A stretch of 63,047 bases of DNA, filler included, from Basidiobolus ranarum (lineage: Eukaryota), in the NCBI GenBank assembly GCA_040143965.1. It is 47 parts of 47 records of this genome, joined end to end, with 100 filler letters (N's around TTAATTAATTAA, not from the genome) between each part and the next. Parts side by side here need not be neighbours in the genome. Positions count along the whole stretch, not along the records: positions 49,745 to 50,985 come from JASJQH010012735.1; positions 51,086 to 52,326 come from JASJQH010012736.1; positions 52,427 to 53,667 come from JASJQH010012737.1; positions 53,768 to 55,008 come from JASJQH010012738.1; positions 55,109 to 56,349 come from JASJQH010012739.1; positions 56,450 to 57,689 come from JASJQH010012740.1; positions 57,790 to 59,029 come from JASJQH010012741.1; positions 59,130 to 60,369 come from JASJQH010012742.1; 39 more parts are not named here. One strand, given 5' to 3'. How positions within the stretch are numbered: position 1 is the stretch's first letter; each line of letters starts with the position of its first letter. Positions 49,745 to 61,808 of the stretch are shown in pieces. A program made the position numbers and the translations under genes. Below the pieces are notes generated by a model, which ran no database searches, was not told the origin of the DNA, and was given only the letters and a program-made list of their open reading frames with translations.

Positions 49745-50985
49745 TGAAAAGAGCCCTTTGTTGGCAGGTTAATATACTCTGGAGTCTCCTTAACCCATTG
49801 CATTACATCCATCACTGATTTTGCTGATACATTGTTGATCAGATTAGCATATGGTAATACTGACGATTTCACATGGAGCATCATTTCACCGCAGGTGCGC
49901 TCCATTGGGAACTCCCAGAATGTATAGCAAGGGCCTATAATCTCAAAGCATTGCAAAAAATGCAGCAGGGAATGTATTGAATACCAGCATAGATTCAGTC
50001 TATCTTCTTAAAACCAGTAATAAAGTTGATCATATCCAATTACAACATGTTTGCACAGTTGCTGTATCTGCCGGAGATCTGCCAGTGTGAGTTGATGCCG
50101 TAAGAATATATTGGACTTGTTCCATTGTGCCAGGATTTATTGGACCTTGGATCAATATATTAGAGTAAATGTGATTGAAATTGATTATGCCAGAGGGTGA
50201 TGGATAGTGCCAAATTGTGCCGCATAAATTTTAGAATACTTTATCCAATATGATATATACAGCACAATCTGGCACTATCACAGAGAACAATTCCATTAAC
50301 AATATCCACAAACAACTCCCAATGTTGCCAATACTTATCTGGCAGAAATCTTTTCAAAATTCCACTTGAATATATACAAATCCAATACTTCCAGTCTTTG
50401 AATTTGAATAAATGCCTAGATGAGTGGATATTGATGGGAGTCCCAGTAAAATATGATGGTATCTTGACATTTTCAAGCATTTTCCTAATCAATTCAAACT
50501 TTGATCCTATCTCAAATGGCTCATTCATATGGAATTTTCCACTGTATAGCTGAGTAAGTAGTGTCGGAATGTTGTTTAATAGTAAGTCCATGGTGCCTAA
50601 TGGGAAGCTCTGGCTCCAGCTGATCCCCTTTAGCAATATAATCTTAGGCTAACGGCTAATACCAAGTTTGATGTAAGACTGACTATTTGGTGAATTGATA
50701 TCAGCAATCATGTTGAAATCTGACCGGGCTCTTGACTGTAAAATCATGGAGTTTCTGTTGTATTTGGATAGTAGTAATGTGTATGCCTGTTAGAGTAAAC
50801 TCCATTGATTTGAAAACATCTACAGCAAGACAGTGCATTGTGCCCGTGAAAACCTCCAAGTTTGCTGATGGCAGGAGTGTCACCAATACATACAACAATA
50901 TTAGCTTTAATAAAATATTCACCCATCTGTACCCCATTAGATAACCGTTCAAGTTCCAGAATCAGAGGCTCCAAGAAGATATCTA
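49745..50985 (-). mobile_element. CMC transposase core with MITE insertion
   Basis: GDTPAISKLGGFHGHNALSCCRC, FWEFPMERTCG. Confidence 0.85.
50113..50294. mobile_element. 182-bp MITE with 3-bp TSD ATT
   Basis: Removing it restores the transposase frame DIVN|IFLRHQ. Confidence 0.9.
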
Positions 50986-51189
50986 NNNNNNNNNNNNNNN
51001 NNNNNNNNNNNNNNNNNNNNNNNNNNNNNTTAATTAATTAANNNNNNNNNNNNNNNNNNNNNNNNNNNNNNNNNNNNNNNNNNNNCCCTCCCTTCGAATG
51101 TGAAAGTAGGTTGAAAGCCATTCACAAACAACTTAAATAATAGGGTATTGTATTATGGGGAATAGAATTTGTTCCGTATAAAGAACAAA

Positions 51190-52326
51190 TCTGAAGGCCC
51201 ACCTATTAGCTTAAACACATATCCAGTTCTGGACTTATGGTCTTCTGTATTGTTAGCCCAGTCTACATCAGAATATCCTTCCAAAATAAGTGACATTTTA
51301 TACTGCTTACAGAGTTAAATTTCATGATATATTGTTCCTTTCAGATAGTGTATTATCTGTTTCATAGCTATCCAATATTCCATTGCAGGATTTTCCATAT
51401 TTTTGCTTACTATGCTTATTACTGTAGCAATATCAGGCCTAGCACTAAAAGAGGAAATGAACATTGTATACTTTTAGCAACCTCTAAATCAGGAAATGAC
51501 TCTGCTGATGTATAGATTCTGGACTCTGGTGCAAGCAATCATATGTATCACAATAGAAACATAATGCATGACTATAAGGAAATACAATCTCTGGACATTA
51601 TGGTAACTGGAAGAAACAAACTGGTTGCATATGGAATGGGAAAGGTCACACTTGACTTAAAAATAAGTAAAACCCAAAGTGTAATGGTAACCTTGGAAGA
51701 TGTCTTACATATTCCATCATTTATAACAAATCTGTTTTCAATTGAAGCAATTGAAAAGAAACATTATGATGTCAAATTCAGCCAAGAAAAGCAACCATGT
51801 GCAAATTGAAGGACTTGATAGTAGCAACTGGAACAGGAATTGGAATCTAATTTTTTCAGTTTCAGGAGTGAAATTTCAAGATCATGCAAAATGGTTACAC
51901 ATGATTGGCTACAATCTCAGAGAACTGTGAATCAACACATGTGTGAAAAACATAACTCAAATTTTACACATTTACCACTTGATTACTAATTTGTCACCTT
52001 TAAAATTCTTAGTTTCTTTGATATATTCTCCTGAATAGTTTTATGGAGTTCTTAATACCCAAGGTTTAGCTCATATCCAACATGAGTTTATATCAATATC
52101 TCCATCAAAGCCCATCATTGTATTAACATTGCTGAATCAATATTCCTCCAGCTATCTGGTGGATACCCTGCAATATTGTGCCACTCTGTATTAAGTTCTT
52201 CCCAGATATCTGCACAGTCAACACCAGACTGAATGTCAAGTTGAATGTTTTTCTGAAGCCACTTTCTGCATACTTGCACTATATTTTTCCCTTCATACTT
52301 TTGAAAATACTCCTCAAGCACTTTTA
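51190..52326. mobile_element. Mosaic: copia RT/RNase H (-), copia protease (+), truncated CMC left region (from about 51848)
   Basis: Homology to 62160-62420, ILDSGASNH, and 2020-2500. Confidence 0.75.
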
Positions 52327-52426
52327 NNNNNNNNNNNNNNNNNNNNNNNNNNNNNNNNNNNNNNNNNNNNTTAATTAATTAANNNNNNNNNNNNNNNNNN
52401 NNNNNNNNNNNNNNNNNNNNNNNNNN

Positions 52427-52529
52427 CGAACAAATCTTTAACTGAAAGGGTGAGAACATCAGAGCCCTCCTCGGGGAGAGAGGTAAAATGCTCACTGTAT
52501 GGAATCTGGTCACCTTTTTGGATAGTCAT
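52427..52529 (-). CDS. Prx5/AHP1-type peroxiredoxin, N-terminus
   Basis: MTIQKGDQIP...LSVKDLF; TATAAA at about 52565. Confidence 0.75.
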
Positions 52530-53379
52530 GTTGAATACGGTTTCATTAGCGCTACGCCCCCTTTATATTTCGAACATAATGATGGCTCTAGTTATCTCAT
52601 TGCAACATTAATAATGTTACAACAGTCAATTAACTAATTAGTAGCCCATTCAACTGATTTAGAAGTCACCTTTCAAAAACGAATATCTCTCTATTTTAGC
52701 ACCATTAATTTCTCTATTACTAAGCACTTTGTAAGTGCGCTATTTGAATAAAATAGAATTACAGCCCATAACTCTTAGCCCATAGCCCAGATCGTATCGA
52801 TTTCAAATCACAACAAATGGATTACTAAGGTTATTTCTGAATTCCAAATTTGGAATATATCTATATACATCTCTACTTACATAATATTCCCTGGTATCTC
52901 TTATTCTGTTACCCAGTTGAGATACTTTTGGACATAAAATTAAACCATCATCTCGGTCATCCTGACTGCGCACTTACTCTTGTATTGAAAATGAAAGAAT
53001 TGAGCGTCAATGATTCATATTTAGATGACAGAAGTGAGATGTAGACTTATTCCCGTACATCGTGACTAAATAATTCTTTATCAATTTAGCGTATATATTG
53101 ATAGGTTAGTTGCTTAATGGAGAGAGTTAAGGTATCTAAATCCTCACATAGCAGTATGATGTTAACAATAAATGATATATGAAAATCGTCTACTATAGTT
53201 GAACATAATATACTTCTATTTGATTTAGTATTTCTTGTATTATACAACTTTCAATACGGATTCCATAAAATCTTAAATAGGCCCGAAAAACTGAGTGCTA
53301 GATGCTGATAGCATCCCATTAGTGATATTTATTAATGTAATCTATACGCAATATATATGTTATATATACGCAAATCTAT

Positions 53380-53667
53380 CTAAACGCCTAATTCTTCAAG
53401 ATCTTTAAGCATATGATTGGGACCAGAGATTTTGTAGCTTGATGGTCCAGGTTCCTCGATGTTGAGAACTTTGACAACTCCATCATCGACATACATACTG
53501 TATCGCAAGGATCTCACTCCCAATCCAGGCATTACCTGAGTCAATCCAATCCTTTTGTGGAATGAGCAGTCACCATCAGATATAACCTCTACTTTATCCT
53601 TGATGTCATAGTTTTGTGACCAAGCGCGCATCACAAATGGATCATTTACAGCGGTACAGTAGATGGC
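53380..53667 (-). CDS. Prx5/AHP1-type peroxiredoxin, C-terminus
   Basis: AVNDPFVMRAW, ISDG, LGVRSLRYSMYVDDGVVKVLNIE. Confidence 0.92.
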   Translation of the reverse strand, partial: AIYCTAVNDPFVMRAWSQNYDIKDKVEVISDGDCSFHKRIGLTQVMPGLGVRSLRYSMYVDDGVVKVLNIEEPGPSSYKISGPNHMLKDLEELGV

Positions 53668-53767
53668 NNNNNNNNNNNNNNNNNNNNNNNNNNNNNNNNN
53701 NNNNNNNNNNNTTAATTAATTAANNNNNNNNNNNNNNNNNNNNNNNNNNNNNNNNNNNNNNNNNNNN

Positions 53768-55008
53768 TGCATGCCTTTATTTAGATATTTTAGGCTTTGT
53801 ATACCAGCCATAATGAGAATCAAAAAATACAAGAATCTTGTTATGTTTAGTCTCTACATATGCACATACTTGACTTATCAGACATAACTCAACAACATGA
53901 ATATGCTTTACCAGCATACTAACAGTGGAAAAATTGCTAAACATCTCAAGTTTTGAATAGCACTAACACTTGGCAAATAGCTGACTCTTGTTACCATTCA
54001 CAATGAGAATGAGCTCTTGGATTTTGGCAAATTTCTGTAAAGAATTCAGCCAAAATATCCCTGACTTGCAGTCAACAAATGTCCTGCAACAAGTAGATGT
54101 GCCATTGCTTGAATAGATTACCCCATGGCTAAAACAATAATACTGCATATCTCTATCTATCTCACCAAGAAGTCTATCTTGCAGCTTTCCTGGAAATACT
54201 ATCAGATTATCACACAAACAAATTAGTCCAATTATAGAGGTACTTACTCTGTGTCCGTGGATTGGGCTTTGTTGCCATTATTATGCTCAAACAATGCAAT
54301 CACCCATGAGCACATTGAAAAGAGCCCTTTGTTGAAAGGTTAATATACTCTGGAGTCTCCTTAATCCATTGCATTACATCCATCACTGATTTTATATTGG
54401 GAAAATATGGGCTGTTTGGAGGAACTTTAGAAAAGTGAAGTTGTGAATAGCTTTTTGAGATAATGATTTATTGACCAGAAATAAAGCATCTATACATTTT
54501 GGTGGAAATACCAAAAACTAACATTGGGGTTGTGCTCAAGACATCTGTGGGAGTAAAATGCGCTATCTTTGGGGCAATTTGGACAAGTTTGAAATTTCCA
54601 ATATGGAATTGCTAATTCTCACATTATTCACATATATATATAATATATGTTCCAATTTGCAGTTAAGTGATATTTGACTAAGTAATGTAAACTAACTTAT
54701 ATGTGATATATGAAATAGTTAGGTGTATAAAGATTAAGATAACAAATAGGATAAAGACAATAAACTTCAACATTTTACTGATACATAGTTAATCAGATTA
54801 GCATATGGTAATACTGACAATTTCACATGGAGCATCATTTCACCACAGGCATGCTCCATTGGGAACTCACAGAATGTATAGCAAGGGCCTATAATCTCTA
54901 ATCATTGTGAAAGATGCAGCAGGGAATGTATTGAATACTGGCATAGATTCAGTCTATCTTCTTTAAACCTGTACAAAAGTTTTTCATATCCAAATACAGA
55001 ATCTTCAT
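53768..55008 (-). mobile_element. CMC transposase 3' half containing solo LTR C
   Basis: Homologous to 38050-38650. Confidence 0.85.
54395..54772 (-). mobile_element. Solo LTR C (378 bp), TSD TTTTA, termini TGTTG...CAATA
   Basis: TTTTA at 54390-54394 and 54773-54777. Confidence 0.92.
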
Positions 55009-56155
55009 NNNNNNNNNNNNNNNNNNNNNNNNNNNNNNNNNNNNNNNNNNNNTTAATTAATTAANNNNNNNNNNNNNNNNNNNNNNNNNNNNNNNNNNNN
55101 NNNNNNNNGATAAATTTGACTTAAAAGTGGAAGTTGTTCGAATGTACTTGTGTAGTTCAATGAAATGTCAGATGTGACTATGAATTGATTGTTGAATTGA
55201 CAGATGGAGAATTGGACTGGTTTTATACTAAAATGATCGTTAGCAAACCAGTAAGAATGCTACTGAATTTCAGATAATTACTGAATTACTGATCATTACC
55301 AATTAAAGTACTTTTGGACTTCTTTTTGCGGAAGGTCACGTAATTTCAAATTAGCTACAATGGGTTGAGACCAAGTAATGATTGATTTGTTCAGTAAGAA
55401 TAGATCCATATATGTTAGTTCATTCATTCGCCCCTTGTTGTATCCTATAGTTTATGAAGCCTAGTAACAAGGATTTTGATGGATGTTTCTCCAATTCATC
55501 AATAAGTCCTGCAGCTATCCTGGTGTATGTTTTGCTATGACGTCATATTCACTAGAATTATCTTAGCTATGATCCAGGAGTTATATATAGAATTCGCACC
55601 TTACAAAAACTTCGTAGATATGTTTGTTGAATTGAAACCACCAACCAATCAACCAAACCTACTCACGTTCAGCGATGAAACAAGCACTAGAGTAACGGCC
55701 ATTTCATCCTGGTTACTTTCCCAATATACTCAATACAATATACAGCTCCTCTAAATTACCTTCAAAAGCAGCTTAGTACCCAAGCACCCCGATCAGTGCA
55801 CTAATCGGGTAACTCCTGAGCATGGTACTCTAAGAATAATTCTATAATTAAATGGAAATTGACATCCAGTGAATTGTTATCTTTATATGAATCATTGAGG
55901 GCCGGCCAGATGCCATTAACTAAACCAAGTTACGCTGAATAGGCAACAAGAGGCCATGCTTGAATATCCTGGGAAACCATTATATGTTATGATAGTATAG
56001 GCATGTATAAATTATTGAATGATTATATTAATCTCATAGTATGATTAGTATATATTGGAATAACAATGGTGAATTTTATTGATTTCTTTATGAATTTATA
56101 TTGCGGATCATGCATGTGCAAAGTTTAACAGCCTTTTAGAAATAATTGAGCCCGA

Positions 56156-56349
56156 TTATTCTTGGGTATTACCACTGTCAGCCCAATCACAAGCAATATT
56201 ATTTCCCTCGATACTTTTACATACTGTTCCTGGAGCACAGCTACTTGGGGTCCATTTACCGAAGACACACCATTTGAATTCGGGTGAGCTATCACCAACA
56301 CATTGGTATTGTCCTTCCTCACACTCTCCAGATCCTTCGGTAGGAGCTG
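56156..56349 (-). CDS. C-terminal CBM19-type chitin-binding domain (chitinase-like protein)
   Basis: CEEGQYQC...FKWCVFGKW...CAPGTVC...CDW...*; frame absent from the ORF track. Confidence 0.8.
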
Positions 56350-57530
56350 NNNNNNNNNNNNNNNNNNNNNNNNNNNNNNNNNNNNNNNNNNNNTTAATTA
56401 ATTAANNNNNNNNNNNNNNNNNNNNNNNNNNNNNNNNNNNNNNNNNNNNTTATTTGAACCCACGTATTCTGATATATATATATGGTGGTACTTCCGCTTG
56501 CTATGCCTGTGGTGATTACCTTCTAAGCTCCAGCTTTAAGTCAAAATAAGATTAATATGTAGCCAACTATATTTCTTGTGCTTTAGTAACATCAAAATGT
56601 GAGGTAAGGAAGGGAGGAAGTGCATGCACCGTTTGCTGTAATCTTTGTGAAACAAGTTGGACATGCATACTTCAGTGATTGAATTCACTTCATTTCGTAT
56701 TAGTAACTTTTGCGTCGTAACTAAAATTGCGCCAAGTTCAAATGAAGTATGCTCCCCGCGTGAATGTCTCACTACAGAATGTAAGCATTACCCTATACGT
56801 ATGCTACAAGGCTTTCTAATCCGTGGCTCTAAGGTCCCAACAACCAGCACACGGTGTCTCTGGGTTTCTTGGCTCCACATAAAACTTCAGTCGACTGACT
56901 AACCTGTGGGCCACCAGTCTGCGAGTTGTAGTTAACTAGTTACTCTATGATGGGTTTCTATGGTGGAATACTGTTTGCAGCTGTTGTGCACCATTTAATG
57001 CTCACTAATCCAATGAATCAGTCATCAAGTGTAATGTAATAGTTAGCACATTTATATATTATTGGTGATACGTTTATTGCGTTTTGCTGAAATGGTTTAT
57101 CCTCGAGTCTCACAAGTATTAAATACACTCGGGCATCATTACAGATCATCTAGTATGGGTTTTGGACACGCAGATTGTAATTATTTATCTTCAGCCTTGT
57201 GTACCTCACATAGGGGAATGAAAATCACTAACCGGTGCATGCTTTATATAGATATACTAGCAAATGCTGAGGCATTCCAAATAAAGGGCCATTTAGGATC
57301 CTTAGACCCATCCTTGATTTACTTCGCAATGCAGTATATTTCTGTGATTGTAGGGACAGTGTTATGCAGCACTGATGATGTGCAAAGGGGCAACAATTGT
57401 GAGTTTAGCATTTCAATAATGGGCAAGAGCATGGTGTGATAGAGAATAATAGTGGAGTCTTGTACACCACAGTTAGAGGTGTGATTAGTGGCAATACCTG
57501 AAGTAGTGAGTATGCCACTCGGTAGTAATT

Positions 57531-57689
57531 ATGACTGCATCTGAACACAAAGTCTAAGGCCAATCAGTTGCTTGTAAAGCTGAAATGCCAAAGTACCATC
57601 CATTGACAGACTAGGTTAGGTTCCCTAGCAAAATAGCCATATCATAAAAGGACTGGTAGCTCAGTGGTTAGAGCACCTTGCTAGAGTGA
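57531..57689 (+). mobile_element. LTR E-related copy with tRNA-like cassette from 57650 (cut by contig end)
   Basis: Matches about 21088-21247; the 40 visible nt of the cassette are identical. Confidence 0.9.
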
Positions 57690-57789
57690 NNNNNNNNNNN
57701 NNNNNNNNNNNNNNNNNNNNNNNNNNNNNNNNNTTAATTAATTAANNNNNNNNNNNNNNNNNNNNNNNNNNNNNNNNNNNNNNNNNNNN

Positions 57790-59029
57790 TTATCATATTT
57801 ATTATCTCTATCTTTATACACCTAACTATTTCATATATCACATATAAGTTAGTTAACATTACTTAGTCAAATATCACTTAGCTGAAAATCGGAACATATT
57901 ATATATATATATGCAAATAATGTGAGAATTAGCAATTCCATATTGGAAATTTCAAACTCATCCAAATTGCCCCAAAAATAGCTTATTTTACTCCCACAGA
58001 TGTTCTGAGCACAACCCCAGTGTTAGTTTTCTGTATTTCCACCAAAATGTATAAAAGCTTTATTTCTGTACAATAATTAATTATCTCACAAAGCTATTCA
58101 CAACTTGACTTTTCTGAAGTTCATCCAAACAGCCCATATTTTCCCAATAGTCCAATCTTTCCTTGGACTTGCAAGCTTTTACTAACACTTTATCAGAAGC
58201 TATTCCAAAATACCTGCTCCATTAACAAACCCTACCAAGAAAGAACTATCATTTGACTGGAACCAATCTTGCCAACAAGCATTTGTAACTTTAAAGAATG
58301 CTTTTACCTCAGCACCAATCCTGGCACACCCAAGCTAGATAAGCCATTACTTGCTGAAACTGATGCATCTGACTTTGCTCTGGGAGCAGTATGGTGTTGA
58401 CAGCTTACTGCACCCTGTTGCCTTTTACTCTAGAAAGTTCTCTGCAGCAAAAATCCACTAGGACATCAATGACAAGGAACTGTTAGCAATTATTGCTGCA
58501 TTTAAAAAATGGCAACAATACTTGGATAGAGCAAATCACACAATTACAGTCTATTGGGATCATAAGAATCTTCAGTATTTTAGTACAACCAAAGTTCATA
58601 ACTGCCAGTGAGCAAGATGGTCATTATTTCTTGCCTGTTTTGATTTTGTGATTATATATTGACCAGGTAGCCAGCAAGAAAAACCTGACACCTTATCACA
58701 TAGAGCAGAATATCAGCCCAAAGAAGGGGATGAGACCTTTGGCCAATGTAATACTTCCTTACTGAAACCCCACCAATTTCAAATTAATACACCTGCTCTT
58801 TCTCTGCCTAGTTCAAGCACATTCAATGAAGACATCTGCAAACTTCAATATGAAGACTCATTGGTAGTATCAATCAAAAAAGCCAACAATACACCCAAAG
58901 GCCTCTCAAGCTTGCACATGTACCACCATTTCTCTATCATCAATGATCTCTTGTTTTATAAGAAGCACCTTTACATTCCAGACCACTCTTCCAGACCCAA
59001 AATCATGCAGGATAGACATGACTCACCAC
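57790..59029 (+). mobile_element. LTR C (to 58149) inserted in gypsy RT-RNase H
   Basis: VQSFLGLA, ETDASDFALGAV, DKELLAII. Confidence 0.9.
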
Positions 59030-59367
59030 NNNNNNNNNNNNNNNNNNNNNNNNNNNNNNNNNNNNNNNNNNNNTTAATTAATTAANNNNNNNNNNNNNNN
59101 NNNNNNNNNNNNNNNNNNNNNNNNNNNNNCCTGTAGTATTGCTTTCTTATTTTTAATCAACGCTTTTCACCAGCTGATCAATAGTATTATTTTGAAGCAC
59201 TTGTTTCATTTGCGTACCACTAACTTGAATATTTCATCACATTGCGGAAATCCGAAATCCGAAACACTAAAATCTCATTAAAGGAATGGCCTATTTATTT
59301 AAAGTGACAAGATATCAAAGATAATATATAAGATATTAAATACAGATAATGTTTGGTTAATGCATTG

Positions 59368-60369
59368 TCATCCATTATCATCATCTGAACTAGAATAGAT
59401 AATCCTACGCTTGAGGCGTGTGGGAATGATTCTTCCTATAGGGTCGATATTGTCATTACGTCGACTATTTGGCGATGATACGGTGGTTTCTAATGGCCCA
59501 TAATGAAGAACATTTCTCTGATAATGTTCGATTGCATTAGCGGATAGGGTCTCTTGAGTTTCAGGTGCGTATATCTGTCTAGCAGTATGGGGGTGGTGAT
59601 TCATAGCCGCGGCATACTCAGCAACCAACCCAGATGCTATTCCATAACTAGCACACCAACGACGAAACATTCTTTGATCAAATACGCGTTTAGACTTGGA
59701 AAATACTTCTTTCATAGCAGTTATGAATAATTTCCCGGTTCTCTGCGGATCGATTCCATCCCTCCCATTTAAACTAGTAAAAAAATAAGGATGGGCTTGA
59801 TATACCCAGGCTGGACGAAGCATACTAATCCAATAAACAATATACTTGGTTAGCTCACTTGGCATAGGTAAGTAGTTCCCCCCTGGGCGTTTGTCTTCGT
59901 TTAGGTTGAGTATAAATATATCTTCTTTTGGATCATACATTACGTTTCGCTCACCAGAAAGTCTGGTGTCTTTCAATGCATGCTGTTGTGATGAATACAA
60001 TAACATGAACGCTAGTGGCTTGCATCTTCTACTGGGGGCAGATATTCGTATTGCTGTATATAATAGGCGTTGATACCTTTCAGACAGTTTTCGAAGAAAC
60101 TTTAATGGCTTTTCACACTGATAAGTGGCGCTGAGGTGCTTGGTTAATTCACTCACTGGAGGTGTTATGAAACTCCACTTGCCTAAGGCGTTTTGCTGCT
60201 GATAATTATAACTTTCGTTTTCGATAAGTTCGTAAGTCAGGCTCTTTGAAGGTAAAACAGCTTCCAATATTTTCTGCATGTGCTGTAGTAATCCGGAAAA
60301 TAGCTCACTCACTTCCTGAACTGTTGGCTCCACTTCGACAGGTTTACATTCAATTCGTGTTCGTTCTCT
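59368..60369 (-). CDS. Tyrosine-recombinase-like protein, 5'-truncated, intronless
   Basis: 333 open codons; APSRR...EDKR...LRP...YFF..LNG...RMFRR...AAAMNHHPHTARQIY gives R-K-xxxR-H-Y order. Confidence 0.75.
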   Translation of the reverse strand, partial: RERTRIECKPVEVEPTVQEVSELFSGLLQHMQKILEAVLPSKSLTYELIENESYNYQQQNALGKWSFITPPVSELTKHLSATYQCEKPLKFLRKLSERYQRLLYTAIRISAPSRRCKPLAFMLLYSSQQHALKDTRLSGERNVMYDPKEDIFILNLNEDKRPGGNYLPMPSELTKYIVYWISMLRPAWVYQAHPYFFTSLNGRDGIDPQRTGKLFITAMKEVFSKSKRVFDQRMFRRWCASYGIASGLVAEYAAAMNHHPHTARQIYAPETQETLSANAIEHYQRNVLHYGPLETTVSSPNSRRNDNIDPIGRIIPTRLKRRIIYSSSDDDNG

Positions 60370-60469
60370 NNNNNNNNNNNNNNNNNNNNNNNNNNNNNNN
60401 NNNNNNNNNNNNNTTAATTAATTAANNNNNNNNNNNNNNNNNNNNNNNNNNNNNNNNNNNNNNNNNNNN

Positions 60470-61708
60470 AATGGCAGGAGTGTCACCAATACATACAATG
60501 ATATCAGCTTTAATAAAATATTCACCCATCTGAACCCCATTAGATAACCATTCAAATTTGGCAATCAAAGGTTCCAAGATGTTATCTATAAGTACTGGTG
60601 ATTTAGGTCCAGATATGATAGATACTATCAGAATATTAGGACTCTTACACTGTTCAGAAGGAGAAAGATTCAAGTGAATTAAAATTATTGGCCAGCAAGC
60701 CTTTCCAATGGTAAATTTACTTAATAAGAAGCCATCCAGAGCCAATGCAAACACATGATCATGTATGTTCTCAAAGAAACCATGACTTTTCAGATTCTGG
60801 TAGTGATATCTATCATGTACATTAGTAATACCATTATCCTTAAGGTGAGTAAGTTAGTATTGGATAAATGATCTACATTTGCGTGATTTCATCAAAACTT
60901 TAAGATGGAGAATCAATGAAATGTAAGCCAAATCCCAAACAAAAATAATACAATTTGATATGGATTGGATCCACCCTCCAAAACAGCAAAACCATCAGAG
61001 AACCATCACAATATTGGTGGCTTGCATTCTGCCAGGGATTTTGATGGTGTGACGGCAGTTTCTTGATGGTATTTAGATAGTATTTATACATGTTAAAATA
61101 TGATTCCTCAAAATTGGCATGCATTATTCAATATCCAGCAATTTTTGCAAAAATCTAATTTTTGAATTACAAATTATTGGGTTTACTGCTGTAGAAATTT
61201 GAATTAATATGAATGCCTGTATCAAGATATTTTAGGCTTTCTATTCTAGCCATAATGCGAATCAAAAAATACCAGAATCTCACTGTGTTTAGTCTCTGCA
61301 TATGCACAGACTTGACTGCTCATACATAACTCAACAACATCAATATGCTTTACCAGCAAACTAAAGGTAGAAAAATTGATAAACATCTGAAATCTTGAAT
61401 TGCACTGACACTTGGCAAATAGCTGACTCATGCTACTGTTCACAATGAGAATAAGCTCTTAAATTTTGGAAATTTCTGTAATGAATTCAGCCAATATATC
61501 CCTGACTTGAAGTCAACAAATATCCTGCCACAAATAGATGTGTCATTGCTTGAATAGATTACCCCATGGCTAATACAACAATACTATTGGGAAACTATGG
61601 GCTGTTTGGAGGAACTTTAGAAAAGTGGAGTTGTGAATAGCTTTGTGAGAAAATTATTTATTGTCCAGAAATAAAGCATTTATACATTTGGTGGAAATAC
61701 AGAAAACT
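60470..61708 (-). mobile_element. CMC transposase (Tnp2-like domain) interrupted by a second CMC right end (60934-61584), then LTR C (from 61585)
   Basis: LALDGF...CWPIILIHLNLSP...ISGPK...LEPLI. Confidence 0.85.
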
Positions 61709-61808
61709 NNNNNNNNNNNNNNNNNNNNNNNNNNNNNNNNNNNNNNNNNNNNTTAATTAATTAANNNNNNNNNNNNNNNNNNNNNNNNNNNNNNNNNNNN
61801 NNNNNNNN

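Noticed and set aside
41696-56349. A gene cluster joining ARG1, CE4, peroxiredoxin and CBM19 genes
   Set aside because: They are on separate contigs ordered only by length
56450-57439. ORFs of 78-125 aa
   Set aside because: No recognisable motifs, overlapping on both strands, mostly non-ATG starts
1251-61808. Regularly spaced TTAATTAATTAA as a CRISPR-like or biological repeat
   Set aside because: Always embedded in N44 blocks; it is an assembly linker. ORFs ending in X...LIN are artefacts of it.
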